63,122 bases of DNA from an uncultured Actinomycetes bacterium (lineage in GTDB: Bacteria; Actinomycetota; Acidimicrobiia; Acidimicrobiales; Microtrichaceae): positions 1 through 63,122 of the forward strand of contig CAIPVR010000306.1 in the NCBI GenBank assembly GCA_903868545.1. Direction: 5' to 3'. The notes beneath the pieces were generated by a model. It worked only from the letters and a program-made list of their open reading frames with translations. It had not been told where the DNA came from and did no database searches. A program made the position numbers and the translations under genes. Below, piece by piece: positions 27,619 to 35,892 of this stretch (its first letter is position 1; each line of letters begins with the position of its first letter).

Positions 27619-28041
27619 TCACCCGACGCCGAACACGTCGGCGGCCACCTTGAGGGCGTCGTTCGCCGCCGGCACCCCGGCGTAGACCGCGGTCTGCATC
27701 AGCACCTCGACCAGTTCCTCCTCGGTGATCCCCAGGTTCAGCGCGCCGCGGAGGTGGGCCCGCAGCTCGTCGGTCCGGCCGAGCGCCGCGAGCTGGGCGA
27801 CGGTGACCAGGCTCCGGTCGCGCAGCTCGAGGCCGGGCCGGTCCCACAACATCCCGAACGCGCTCGCGGCCACGTAGCGGTAGAAGTCGGGGGCGAGTCT
27901 TGCGGCCGGGAACTGTCCGGTGGGCCCGCCGGCCACCTGCGGCCAGAGCCGTGCCTGGACGGCCCGGCCCCGCGCCAGCAGTTCCTCGTCGGGCCGGGCG
28001 CCGTCGCGCCGTGCGCCGTCGGGTCGCTCGTCGTCGCTCAT
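27619..28041 (-). CDS. carboxymuconolactone decarboxylase (CMD/AhpD-like) family protein
   Basis: The real part of ORF 27619..28959 starts at MSDDERP (ATG 28041, RBS GGAGG). VLMQTAVYAGVPAANDAL is present. Confidence 0.8.
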   Translation of the reverse strand: MSDDERPDGARRDGARPDEELLARGRAVQARLWPQVAGGPTGQFPAARLAPDFYRYVAASAFGMLWDRPGLELRDRSLVTVAQLAALGRTDELRAHLRGALNLGITEEELVEVLMQTAVYAGVPAANDALKVAADVFGVG

Positions 28042-28082
28042 GTCGCCTCCGTGGTTCGAGGGGTCACCGGCCGCTGCCCTGC

Positions 28083-29237
28083 TCAGTCGGTCTCGAACAG
28101 GTTCACCGTGCACACGCTGCCGCCACCGACCAGGTGCGCGAGCCCCCGCCGGGCGCCGTGCACCTGTCGGTCGCCCGCCTCGCCGCGCAGCTGCGTGACC
28201 ACCTCGTGCACCATGGCCAGGCCGGTCGGGCCCCCCGGATGGCCGCGGGCGATCAGGCCGCCGTCGGTGTTGAACGGGATGCGACCCCCGAGGGCGGTGT
28301 CGCCGGCGTCCAGGAGCCGTTCCCCCTCGCCCTCGCCGCAGAAGCCGAGGAGTTCGTAGTACTCGAGCTCCTCGTTGGCGAACGCGTCGTGGCACAGGGC
28401 CAGGTCCATGTCGTCGGGGCCGAGACCGGCCTCCTCGTAGGCCTGCAGCGCCGTGGTGCGGGTCATGGTGGCGGGGCCGACCACCGGACCGAGGAAGGTG
28501 TGGCCGGGCGAGTAGGCCTCCGACTGCAGCGCCGAGGCGACGGGGCGCACCACCCGGCGGTCGGGTTGGTGGCGGCGGACCCAGTCGGTGCTCGCCACGA
28601 TCGCGCAGGCCGCGCCGTCGTCGGCGGGGCACGCCATCATGGCGGTGAGCGGCTCGGCCACGAGCTGGCTCGCCAGGACCTCCTCCACCGTGACCGTGTG
28701 GTCGGGCCGGCGGTGGCTGAGCGGGTTGAGCGCCCCGTGGTTCCAGTTCTTCGCGGCGATCGCCGCGAAGTGCTCCGGTCGGGTGCCGTGGTCGTGCATC
28801 CGGCGCTGCGCCCACAACGCGAAGTACGCGGCCGGCAGGATCGTGGAATCGAGCTGGTCGCGGCCCGTCCCCCGGCTCGGGGCGTTGCGGGCCATGTCGG
28901 TCATCTTGTCGAAGGCGATGGCCATGGCCACCTCGGCCCGGCCCGACGCCACCGCCCACGCGGCCTCCCGGAAGGCGACGAGCCCGGTCGCCGACGCGTT
29001 CTCGATGTGGGTGACCGGGAGGCCGGTCAGGCCCAGCTCCTTCATCGCCTTGATGCCGATCATCGCCGCCGGCTGGATGTAGCCCACGAACGCCTCGTCG
29101 ACCTCGGCCAGGGTGATGCCGGCGTCGCGCAGGGCGAGCAGGCCGGCGTCGCGGGCGAGGTGCGCCCCGCTCCGGTCGGGGTAGCGGTCGAAGCGCACCA
29201 TCCCGATCCCGGCCACCGCCGCGCCCTCGATCCTCAC
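28083..29237 (-). CDS. thiolase-fold protein lacking both catalytic cysteines (Ltp2-like aldolase candidate)
   Basis: It has NASATG instead of NxCATG and CHDAF instead of HDCF, and retains GHPGGPTG. The GTG start forms a GTGA overlap with the DUF35 stop. Confidence 0.8.
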   Translation of the reverse strand: MRIEGAAVAGIGMVRFDRYPDRSGAHLARDAGLLALRDAGITLAEVDEAFVGYIQPAAMIGIKAMKELGLTGLPVTHIENASATGLVAFREAAWAVASGRAEVAMAIAFDKMTDMARNAPSRGTGRDQLDSTILPAAYFALWAQRRMHDHGTRPEHFAAIAAKNWNHGALNPLSHRRPDHTVTVEEVLASQLVAEPLTAMMACPADDGAACAIVASTDWVRRHQPDRRVVRPVASALQSEAYSPGHTFLGPVVGPATMTRTTALQAYEEAGLGPDDMDLALCHDAFANEELEYYELLGFCGEGEGERLLDAGDTALGGRIPFNTDGGLIARGHPGGPTGLAMVHEVVTQLRGEAGDRQVHGARRGLAHLVGGGSVCTVNLFETD

Positions 29238-29680
29238 GGTCGTTCCCCTCCCTCGTGGGCGCCGGCGGCGCGGTGCGGCGAGAACCGCATGATCACGACG
29301 TCGTTGCCGTCGTCGTCGGTGCGCAGCGTCTCGAGGTCGAGCACCATCTCCATGCCGATCTCGAAATCGTCGGGGCCGCCCACGAGGAGTGCCTGCACCC
29401 GGGGCCCCTCCGGCAGGTCGACCTGACCCACCCCGTAGGCGGAGACCTTCGCGTTCTTCTTGGCGAACAGGGGCACGTGCACGTAGGTCCACGTCCACAA
29501 CCGGCCGGTGGGGCCGAGTTCCACGTCGTCGCAGCCGTCGTGCAGGCAGCGGGCGCAGACCTGGCGTCGCGGGAAGAAGTGCTCGCCGCAGGCGCCGCAG
29601 CGGCTGCCCAGCAGGCGGGGCGCCTCGGCCGGGTCGTCGGGCACCGTGAAGTACCCCTCCTCGATCGCCACCCGGGCCAT
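29234..29680 (-). CDS. DUF35 OB-fold / zinc-ribbon protein
   Basis: A CGACGEHFFPRRQVCARC ribbon is followed by an OB-fold. It is paired with the thiolase-fold gene. Confidence 0.85.
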   Translation of the reverse strand: MARVAIEEGYFTVPDDPAEAPRLLGSRCGACGEHFFPRRQVCARCLHDGCDDVELGPTGRLWTWTYVHVPLFAKKNAKVSAYGVGQVDLPEGPRVQALLVGGPDDFEIGMEMVLDLETLRTDDDGNDVVIMRFSPHRAAGAHEGGERP

Positions 29681-30609
29681 CAGCGTTCCTCCCCGGCTCC
29701 GCCGGCCGGGGCCGGCTCCATGCGCAGCGGTCGACCCGAGCGCTGCTCGGCCGCGACCACCAGGTCGCTCCAGTCCCGCGGGCCCAGTCCGCGCCCGACG
29801 GCGTCGCCGAGCACCTGGGCCAGCGCCGAGGCCACCGGTGCGGGCACGTCGCTGTCGTCCGCGAGCGCCTCCATCAGGCGGGCGTCCTTCGCGGCGAGGT
29901 CCAGCGCGAACTGCACCGGCCGGTCACGCACGTCGATGCCGTCGACCACCCGGTCGATGTAGAAGTTCGAGGCGCCGCCCGTGCGGACCACCTCCACCGC
30001 CGTGCGCAGGTCGATCCCACCGGCGGCGGCCAACGACAGCGCCTCGAGCGAACTCCACGTGGCGGCGAAGGCCAGCAGGCTGTTCGCCAGCTTCATCGTG
30101 GTGCCCGCGCCGACGGGTCCGAGGTGGAACGTGGCCCGGCCGAGGCGGTCCAGCACCGGCCTGACGAGGGCGACGGCGTCGTCGTCGCCGCCGACCATGA
30201 ACACCAGCGACCGGTTCCGGGCACCGACGGCACCGCCGGTCAGCGGGGCCTCCACGAACCGGTGGCCGCTGCCCGCGAGGCGCTCGGCGAGGAGGCGGTT
30301 GCCGCCGGGCAGGTTGGTGGAGAGATCCACCAGCACCGCGCCGACCGGTGCGGCGGCGGCCCACTCGTCCGCCACGGCGTCGACGACCTCGGGGGTGGGC
30401 AGGGAGGTGATCGTCACGTCGGCCGACGCGGCCAGTTCGGCCACGGACGCGGCGGGCCGGGCGCCCGCCACGGCGGCGACCCGCTGCGGGTCGGCGTCGA
30501 CCACGACGGGCTCGAGCCCGTCCTCGGCGAGGTTGGCGGCGATCGCACCGCCGATGTTGCCCAGCCCCACCACGCCGACGGTGCCGGACCCGCCGGCGGC
30601 GTCGCTCAC
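29680..30609 (-). CDS. NAD(P)-dependent beta-hydroxyacid dehydrogenase (3-hydroxyisobutyrate dehydrogenase family)
   Basis: VGVVGLGNIGGAIAANL and GAGTTMKLANS are present. The GTG start at 30609 forms a GTGA overlap (frame-checked). Confidence 0.8.
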   Translation of the reverse strand: MSDAAGGSGTVGVVGLGNIGGAIAANLAEDGLEPVVVDADPQRVAAVAGARPAASVAELAASADVTITSLPTPEVVDAVADEWAAAAPVGAVLVDLSTNLPGGNRLLAERLAGSGHRFVEAPLTGGAVGARNRSLVFMVGGDDDAVALVRPVLDRLGRATFHLGPVGAGTTMKLANSLLAFAATWSSLEALSLAAAGGIDLRTAVEVVRTGGASNFYIDRVVDGIDVRDRPVQFALDLAAKDARLMEALADDSDVPAPVASALAQVLGDAVGRGLGPRDWSDLVVAAEQRSGRPLRMEPAPAGGAGEER

Positions 30610-31820
30610 GCGGCGATGCCGAGGAACTCGTGCACGTTGTCGAGCATCACCGCCCGCGTCTCGGCCTCGTCGAAGTCGGGGATGTCCTTCACGAACGCCA
30701 GCGGGTCGGCGAGGCCCTCGGTGTGGGGGAAGTCGGAGCCGAACATGAGCCGTTCGATGCCCACGGCGTCCCGCAGGCGGGTCATGTCGTCCTCGTAGTA
30801 GGGCGAGATCCACACCTGGCGGCGGAACTGCTCCACCGGGTGGTCCTTGAACGCGAACGGCATCTTCCCGTAGGCGTCGGAGAGGTTGCGGAGCAGGTCG
30901 GGCACCCACATGGCGCCGTTCTCCACCGACGCGACGCGCAGCGCCGGGAACCGTTCCAGCAGCCCGTGGCACACCATCGACGCGAGCGTGTCGGAGATGC
31001 CGCGGTCGGCGAAGGCCACCAGCGGGAACGACGAGTGCTTGAAGCCCTCGAACCCGCCGCCGCCGCCCTCACCGGGCGACGTGGTCCGCCAGAAGCGGCC
31101 GTAGTGGCTCACGCCGCTGAGCCCGGCGTGCAGCACCATCGGCACGCCGGCCTCGGCGAGCAGTCCCCAGACCCGGTCGAAGCGCGGGTGGGCCGGGGAG
31201 ACGTAGCCGTCGTCGCCGTCGGGCACCGGACCGGGGATCGTGACCAGCACCCGGGCGCCCAGCCCGAGCACCCTCGACACCTCGGCCTCGGCGAGCGCCG
31301 GATCGGCCAGGGTGATCATCGGCGCGGCGTAGAGCCGTCCGTCGCCCCGGTCGAAGCCCCAGTCCTCGTCGAGCCAGGTGTTGAACGCCGAGAACGCGGC
31401 GTGCAGCGCGGGCAGGTCGCGGCGGAGCGCCTCCTGCATCCCGACGCCCAGGGTGGGGAACAGGAGCGCACCGGACAGGCCCTGCTCGTCGAGCTGGCGC
31501 ACCCGTGCCGCCCGGTCGCGGTACTCGGGGTGCTGCTCGATCGGGTCGAGGTCGCCGAACATCGTCTTGAGGTCGAGGCCCTCGGTGTTGCGGCCCCGGA
31601 AGTAGTCCTCGAGGCTGCCGGGCGCGGCGATCGGGTCGAAGGTGGGGTTCGGGATGAACTTGTTGACCTTGCCGCCGACGAGGAGCCGCCGCTTCCCGCC
31701 GATGTCGGCCCACTGCATGCAGCGCTTCGCCATCTTCGGGTCGATGTGGCGGGTGAAGGCGTCCGTGGCCTCGTAGTAGTGGTGGTCGGCGTCGAACGGT
31801 CGGAACCCGAGTTCGGTCAT
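30606..31820 (-). CDS. amidohydrolase_2-family protein
   Basis: FDADHHYYE N-terminus and a C-terminal GSDFPHTEG. I prefer ATG 31820 (MTELGF) because TAGGCT lies 6 nt upstream. The ORF-track GTG is at 31826. Confidence 0.85.
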   Translation of the reverse strand: MTELGFRPFDADHHYYEATDAFTRHIDPKMAKRCMQWADIGGKRRLLVGGKVNKFIPNPTFDPIAAPGSLEDYFRGRNTEGLDLKTMFGDLDPIEQHPEYRDRAARVRQLDEQGLSGALLFPTLGVGMQEALRRDLPALHAAFSAFNTWLDEDWGFDRGDGRLYAAPMITLADPALAEAEVSRVLGLGARVLVTIPGPVPDGDDGYVSPAHPRFDRVWGLLAEAGVPMVLHAGLSGVSHYGRFWRTTSPGEGGGGGFEGFKHSSFPLVAFADRGISDTLASMVCHGLLERFPALRVASVENGAMWVPDLLRNLSDAYGKMPFAFKDHPVEQFRRQVWISPYYEDDMTRLRDAVGIERLMFGSDFPHTEGLADPLAFVKDIPDFDEAETRAVMLDNVHEFLGIAA

Positions 31821-31840
31821 GGCCACAGCCTATGCCTCAT

Positions 31841-31856
31841 CTAACGCCCGTGTCAG
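31841..31856. promoter_or_regulatory. operator-like palindrome, site 9
   Basis: CTAACGCCCGTGTCAG lies in the spacer between two divergent amidohydrolase genes, flanked by TAGGCT and TAGCGT boxes. Confidence 0.6.
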
Positions 31857-31870
31857 CTAGCGTCCGGTGC

Positions 31871-32737
31871 ATGTCCGATGCGGTGGTGATCGATGCCTGG
31901 GTGAACATCTTCCCGGAGGCCTTCGCCTCCCGGTGGGCGGCCAAGGACGAGCAACAGGGCGTGGTGCAGCTGTTCGGCCCCGACCTCGCCAAGGGGCCCA
32001 CCGTGGAGAGCCTGGTCGAGGCCATGGACGCGGCGGGCATCCGCACCGGGATCCTCACCGCCGGCCTCAGCGACCCGGAGCGGGCGCACCGCCGGGGTGG
32101 CTTCGCGGCCGAGGACTTCCTGGCGATCGCCGAGCAGTACCCCGGTCGGTTCCTGGTGTCGGCCGCCGTGGACAAGGCCGCGAAGCCGTCGGTCAACGTC
32201 CGGCGGTTGCGGGAACTGGCCCAGCACCCGGCGTTCGTGCTGGGCCGCGTCACGCCGTTGGTGGAGCAGTACGAACTGAACCACCGCCTCTACTACCCCG
32301 TGTACGCCACCGCGGAGGAGCTCGGCATCCCGGTCTCGATCAACATCGGCATCCCCGGGCCACAGGTCCGCTCCCGCTGCCAGGACCCGGTGCTGCTCGA
32401 GGACGTGCTGATCGACTTCCCGAAGCTCACCGTGATCGGCGCCCACATGGGCCACCCGTACGAGGCGCTGCTGATCCAGTACATGCTGAAGTGGCCGCAG
32501 CTGCACCTCATGACCTCGGCCTACCTCGCCACCTACATGGATCCGGCGATGGTGCGCTTCATGGATTCCTCACGGGGTCGCGGCCGGCTCCTGTTCGCGT
32601 CCGACCACCCCGTGATCCCCGCCGCCAAGGCGCTCGACGCGGCCCGGGCGCTGCCGCTGTCGGAGGAGGGCATGGCCGAGTTCCTCGGCGGCGCCGCGGC
32701 GCGCCTGTTCGGCGACGTCAGCGCCCCGGCGGGCTGA
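31871..32737 (+). CDS. amidohydrolase_2-family protein
   Basis: VIDAWVN N-terminus and a C-terminal FASDHPV. ATG 31871 is preceded by TAGCGT plus 7 nt. The ORF-track start at 31832 would run through the operator. Confidence 0.8.
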   Translation: MSDAVVIDAWVNIFPEAFASRWAAKDEQQGVVQLFGPDLAKGPTVESLVEAMDAAGIRTGILTAGLSDPERAHRRGGFAAEDFLAIAEQYPGRFLVSAAVDKAAKPSVNVRRLRELAQHPAFVLGRVTPLVEQYELNHRLYYPVYATAEELGIPVSINIGIPGPQVRSRCQDPVLLEDVLIDFPKLTVIGAHMGHPYEALLIQYMLKWPQLHLMTSAYLATYMDPAMVRFMDSSRGRGRLLFASDHPVIPAAKALDAARALPLSEEGMAEFLGGAAARLFGDVSAPAG

Positions 32738-32740
32738 ACG

Positions 32741-34279
32741 GTGCCCGTCCACGAGGCCGGTGAGCACCTCGCGGCGCGGGCCCGCCTCACGCCGGACAAG
32801 CCGGCGGTGGTGATGGCGCCCGGCGGTGAGGTCCGCACCTTCGGCCGGCTGGAGGACACCTCGGTGCGCCTGGCCCGGCTGCTGCGGGACCGGGGGCTGC
32901 GGACCGGTGACCACCTCGCCGTGCTCGTCGACAACGAGCCGGCGTTCTTCGACGCGGTGTGGGCGGCGATGCGCACCGGTCTCTACGTGACGCCGATCAA
33001 CTGGCACCTCACCGCGGCGGAGGCCGGCTACATCGTGGGCGACTGCGACGCCACCGCGCTCGTGGTGTCGGCCCGGCTGGCCCCGGTGGTGGAGGCCATG
33101 GCGCCCGCCGACCTCGCCGGGGTCAGCACCCGCCTGTGCGTCGGCGGCGACATCGCCGGGTTCGAGCGGATGGAGGACCTGCTGGCCGGGGTGGAGCCCG
33201 GCGAGGTGCCCGACGAGCACGACGGCGGCTGGATGTTCTACTCGTCGGGGACCACGGGCCGTCCGAAGGGCATCCTCCCGCCGATGTCGCCCGAACCGCT
33301 CGGCGCGCCGTCGTTCCTCGGCCGGATGCTCACGGGGTTGTTCGGCTTCGACGCCGACTCCGTCTACCTGAGCCCGGCGCCGCTGTACCACGCGGCGCCC
33401 GCCGGCTGGACGGTCGGCACCCAGCGCCTGGGTGGTACCGCCGTGGTGATGGAGCGCTTCGACCCGCTCGAACTCCTCGCGGCCGTGGAGGCCCACCGGG
33501 TCACCCACGTGCAGCTCGTGCCCACCCACATGATCCGGCTGCTCGACCTGCCGGCGGCGGAGCGGGACCGCTTCGACCTCGGGTCGCTGCGCTACGTCAT
33601 CCACGCGGCGGCCCCGTGCCCGGTGGAGGTGAAGCGTCGCTTCATCGACTGGGTCGGGCCGATCGTGCACGAGTTCTACAGCGGTTCGGAGGGGGCCGGC
33701 TTCTGCTACATCGGTCCCGAGGAGTGGCTGGCGCATCCCGGGTCGGTCGGCCGGTCGATGACGGGGGCGATCCACGTCCTCGACGCCGGTGGGAACGAAC
33801 TGCCGGTGGGCGAGGAGGGCGAGGTGTGGTTCGAGACCAACCGGCCGTTCGAGTACCACAAGGACCCGGGGACGACCCGCTCGGTCTGGAACGACCGCGG
33901 CTGGAGCTGGATGGGCGACGTGGGCCGCGTCGACGCCGACGGCTACCTCTACCTGACCGACCGGGCGAGCCACATGATCATCAGCGGCGGGGTGAACATC
34001 TACCCCCGGGAGGCCGAGGACGTGCTCATCGGGCACCCGGCCGTGGCCGACGTCGGTGTGCTGGGGGTGCCGGACCCCGAGATGGGGGAGCGGGTGTGCG
34101 CCTTCGTGCAGCTCGCGCCGGGCGCGGAACTGGCCGCCGACGACGCAGGTGCCGCCGAACTGGTCGCGTGGTGCCGCGACCGGCTCAGCCACTACAAGTG
34201 CCCGCGGGAGGTGCGCTTCGTCGACGAGTTGCCCCGCCTGCCCACCGGCAAGCTGCTCAAGCGCCTGCTCGTGGTCTGA
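32741..34279 (+). CDS. AMP-dependent acyl-CoA synthetase
   Basis: YSSGTTGRPKGI, GDVGRVDADGYLYLTDR and PRLPTGKLLKR are present. GTG start. Confidence 0.9.
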   Translation: MPVHEAGEHLAARARLTPDKPAVVMAPGGEVRTFGRLEDTSVRLARLLRDRGLRTGDHLAVLVDNEPAFFDAVWAAMRTGLYVTPINWHLTAAEAGYIVGDCDATALVVSARLAPVVEAMAPADLAGVSTRLCVGGDIAGFERMEDLLAGVEPGEVPDEHDGGWMFYSSGTTGRPKGILPPMSPEPLGAPSFLGRMLTGLFGFDADSVYLSPAPLYHAAPAGWTVGTQRLGGTAVVMERFDPLELLAAVEAHRVTHVQLVPTHMIRLLDLPAAERDRFDLGSLRYVIHAAAPCPVEVKRRFIDWVGPIVHEFYSGSEGAGFCYIGPEEWLAHPGSVGRSMTGAIHVLDAGGNELPVGEEGEVWFETNRPFEYHKDPGTTRSVWNDRGWSWMGDVGRVDADGYLYLTDRASHMIISGGVNIYPREAEDVLIGHPAVADVGVLGVPDPEMGERVCAFVQLAPGAELAADDAGAAELVAWCRDRLSHYKCPREVRFVDELPRLPTGKLLKRLLVV

Positions 34280-34318
34280 GCCGCCGCGTCGCCGGCCGCC
34301 ACCGGCCCGTGCCCGCCG

Positions 34319-35101
34319 TCAGTCCTCCGGGCGGAGCCGCTCGGACCACCCGGCGTACTCCGGCGTGTCGTGCGAGCCGCTCTCGGTGGCGAGTCCGTAG
34401 CCGAGCGCCCGCACCGCGTTGGCGCGCAGGTGCTGGTTCAGCACGGCCTTGGTCTCCTGCACGGCCTGCGGCGGCTGGTCGGCCAGTCGGTGGGCGAAGG
34501 CGAGGGCTTCGTCGAGCAGCCGCTCCGCAGGGACCACGAAGTTCGCGAGGCCGATCCCGACGGCCTCCTCCGCGCCGAGCCGGTCGCCGGTGAGCAGGTA
34601 CTGCTTGGCCCGCAGCAGCGACGTGTGGGCGGGCCAGGTGACCGCGCCGCCGTCGCCCGCCACCAGCGCCACCGACACGTGGGTGTCGGCCATCCAGGCG
34701 GTGTCGGCCATGAAGACGATGTCGCACAGGGTGGCCACGGTGCAGCCCAGCCCGACGGCGGGGCCGTTGACCGCGGCCACCACGGGGACCGCCACCTCGA
34801 TCATCTCGTCGGCCAGCCGCCGGGCGAGGCGGAGGCTGAGGCGTCGCCGCGCCGGGTCGACGCGACGGCCCTCGAAGTCCTCGTAGCTGCCGCCGGCGCT
34901 GAAGGTGCGGCCGGCGCCGGTGAGCACCACGGCGCGGCACCCCTCGTCGAGCTCCACGTCGGCCCACAGGGCGACGAACTGCTCGTGCAGGTCCTCGGTG
35001 AACGCATTGAGCGTGTCGGGCTGGTTCAGGGTGACGACCCTCACGGGCCCGTCGGCCCGGACGTCGATCCCCGGCTGTTCGTACCGGGCCGTTGTGGACA
35101 A
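34319..35101 (-). CDS. enoyl-CoA hydratase/isomerase (crotonase family)
   Basis: GAGRTFSAGGS and VAAVNGPAVGLG oxyanion-hole motifs are present. I propose a TTG start at 35101 with RBS GAGGGGGGAA 6 nt upstream. Confidence 0.75.
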   Translation of the reverse strand: MSTTARYEQPGIDVRADGPVRVVTLNQPDTLNAFTEDLHEQFVALWADVELDEGCRAVVLTGAGRTFSAGGSYEDFEGRRVDPARRRLSLRLARRLADEMIEVAVPVVAAVNGPAVGLGCTVATLCDIVFMADTAWMADTHVSVALVAGDGGAVTWPAHTSLLRAKQYLLTGDRLGAEEAVGIGLANFVVPAERLLDEALAFAHRLADQPPQAVQETKAVLNQHLRANAVRALGYGLATESGSHDTPEYAGWSERLRPED

Positions 35102-35117
35102 CGTAGGTTCCCCCCTC

Positions 35118-35855
35118 GTGGACGAACGCAGGGTAGTGATCGTGACCGGGGGCAGCAGCGGAATCGGCCTCGAGGTCGGCCGGCAACTCGCGGCGGCCGG
35201 CCACGACGTGGTCCTCTCGGCCCGTCGTGAGGGGCCGTTGCGGGCGGCGGCGGAGGCCGTGGGCGCGCGCTGCGCGGTGGGCGACGTGGGCGATCCCGAC
35301 TCGTTCGCCGCCGTGGTGGCCGACGCCGCGGCCCCCACGGGCCGGGTGGACCTCGTGGTGCACGCGGCCGGGACGATGGGTGGCACGTTCGTCCGGAAGG
35401 AGGCCTTCGACGAGTTCGAGCGCATCCTGCGCACGAACCTGTCGTCCGCGTTCGTGGTGGCGAACGCCGCGCTGCCCGCCATGGGCCCCGGCGGCCGGTT
35501 CGTGTTCGTGTCGTCGAGCTCCGCGCACTCGCCCCAGCCGGGCCGCTCCGCCTACTCGGCGTCCAAGGCGGGGCTGAACGCCTTCGCCGCGGCCATGGCC
35601 GCCGAGGTGGAGCGTGACGGCATCTCGGTGCACCTGCTCACGGTGGGACCGGTCGAGACCCCGATGCTCGACGACGTCCGGTTCCCGATGCGCACCCTCG
35701 GCGTGGAGGAGGTGGGCGCGGCGGTCCGGTGGCTGGACTCGCTGCCCGCCAACGTCCGGCTCCCGGAGGTGCGGCTGTCGTCGGTGGAGGACGGCCCGTT
35801 CGCCCCGGAGCCCTACGTGCCCGAGGCCGCGCGCCGGCTCGGCCGGACCGGCTGA
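35118..35855 (+). CDS. short-chain dehydrogenase/reductase
   Basis: VTGGSSGIG and YSASK are present. GTG start at 35118 (alternative 35094). It is divergent from the crotonase gene with only 16 bp between the starts. Confidence 0.75.
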   Translation: MDERRVVIVTGGSSGIGLEVGRQLAAAGHDVVLSARREGPLRAAAEAVGARCAVGDVGDPDSFAAVVADAAAPTGRVDLVVHAAGTMGGTFVRKEAFDEFERILRTNLSSAFVVANAALPAMGPGGRFVFVSSSSAHSPQPGRSAYSASKAGLNAFAAAMAAEVERDGISVHLLTVGPVETPMLDDVRFPMRTLGVEEVGAAVRWLDSLPANVRLPEVRLSSVEDGPFAPEPYVPEAARRLGRTG

Positions 35856-35863
35856 CGCCCGGG

Positions 35864-35892
35864 CCGGACGGCCGGCGCCGGCGGCCGTCCGG
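35864..35892. terminator. GC-rich hairpin in a convergent spacer (bidirectional terminator candidate)
   Basis: Perfect 11-bp stem CCGGACGGCCG / CGGCCGTCCGG with a 7-nt loop. It exactly fills the gap between the SDR stop (35855) and the sulfatase stop (35893). There is no U-tract. Confidence 0.45.
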
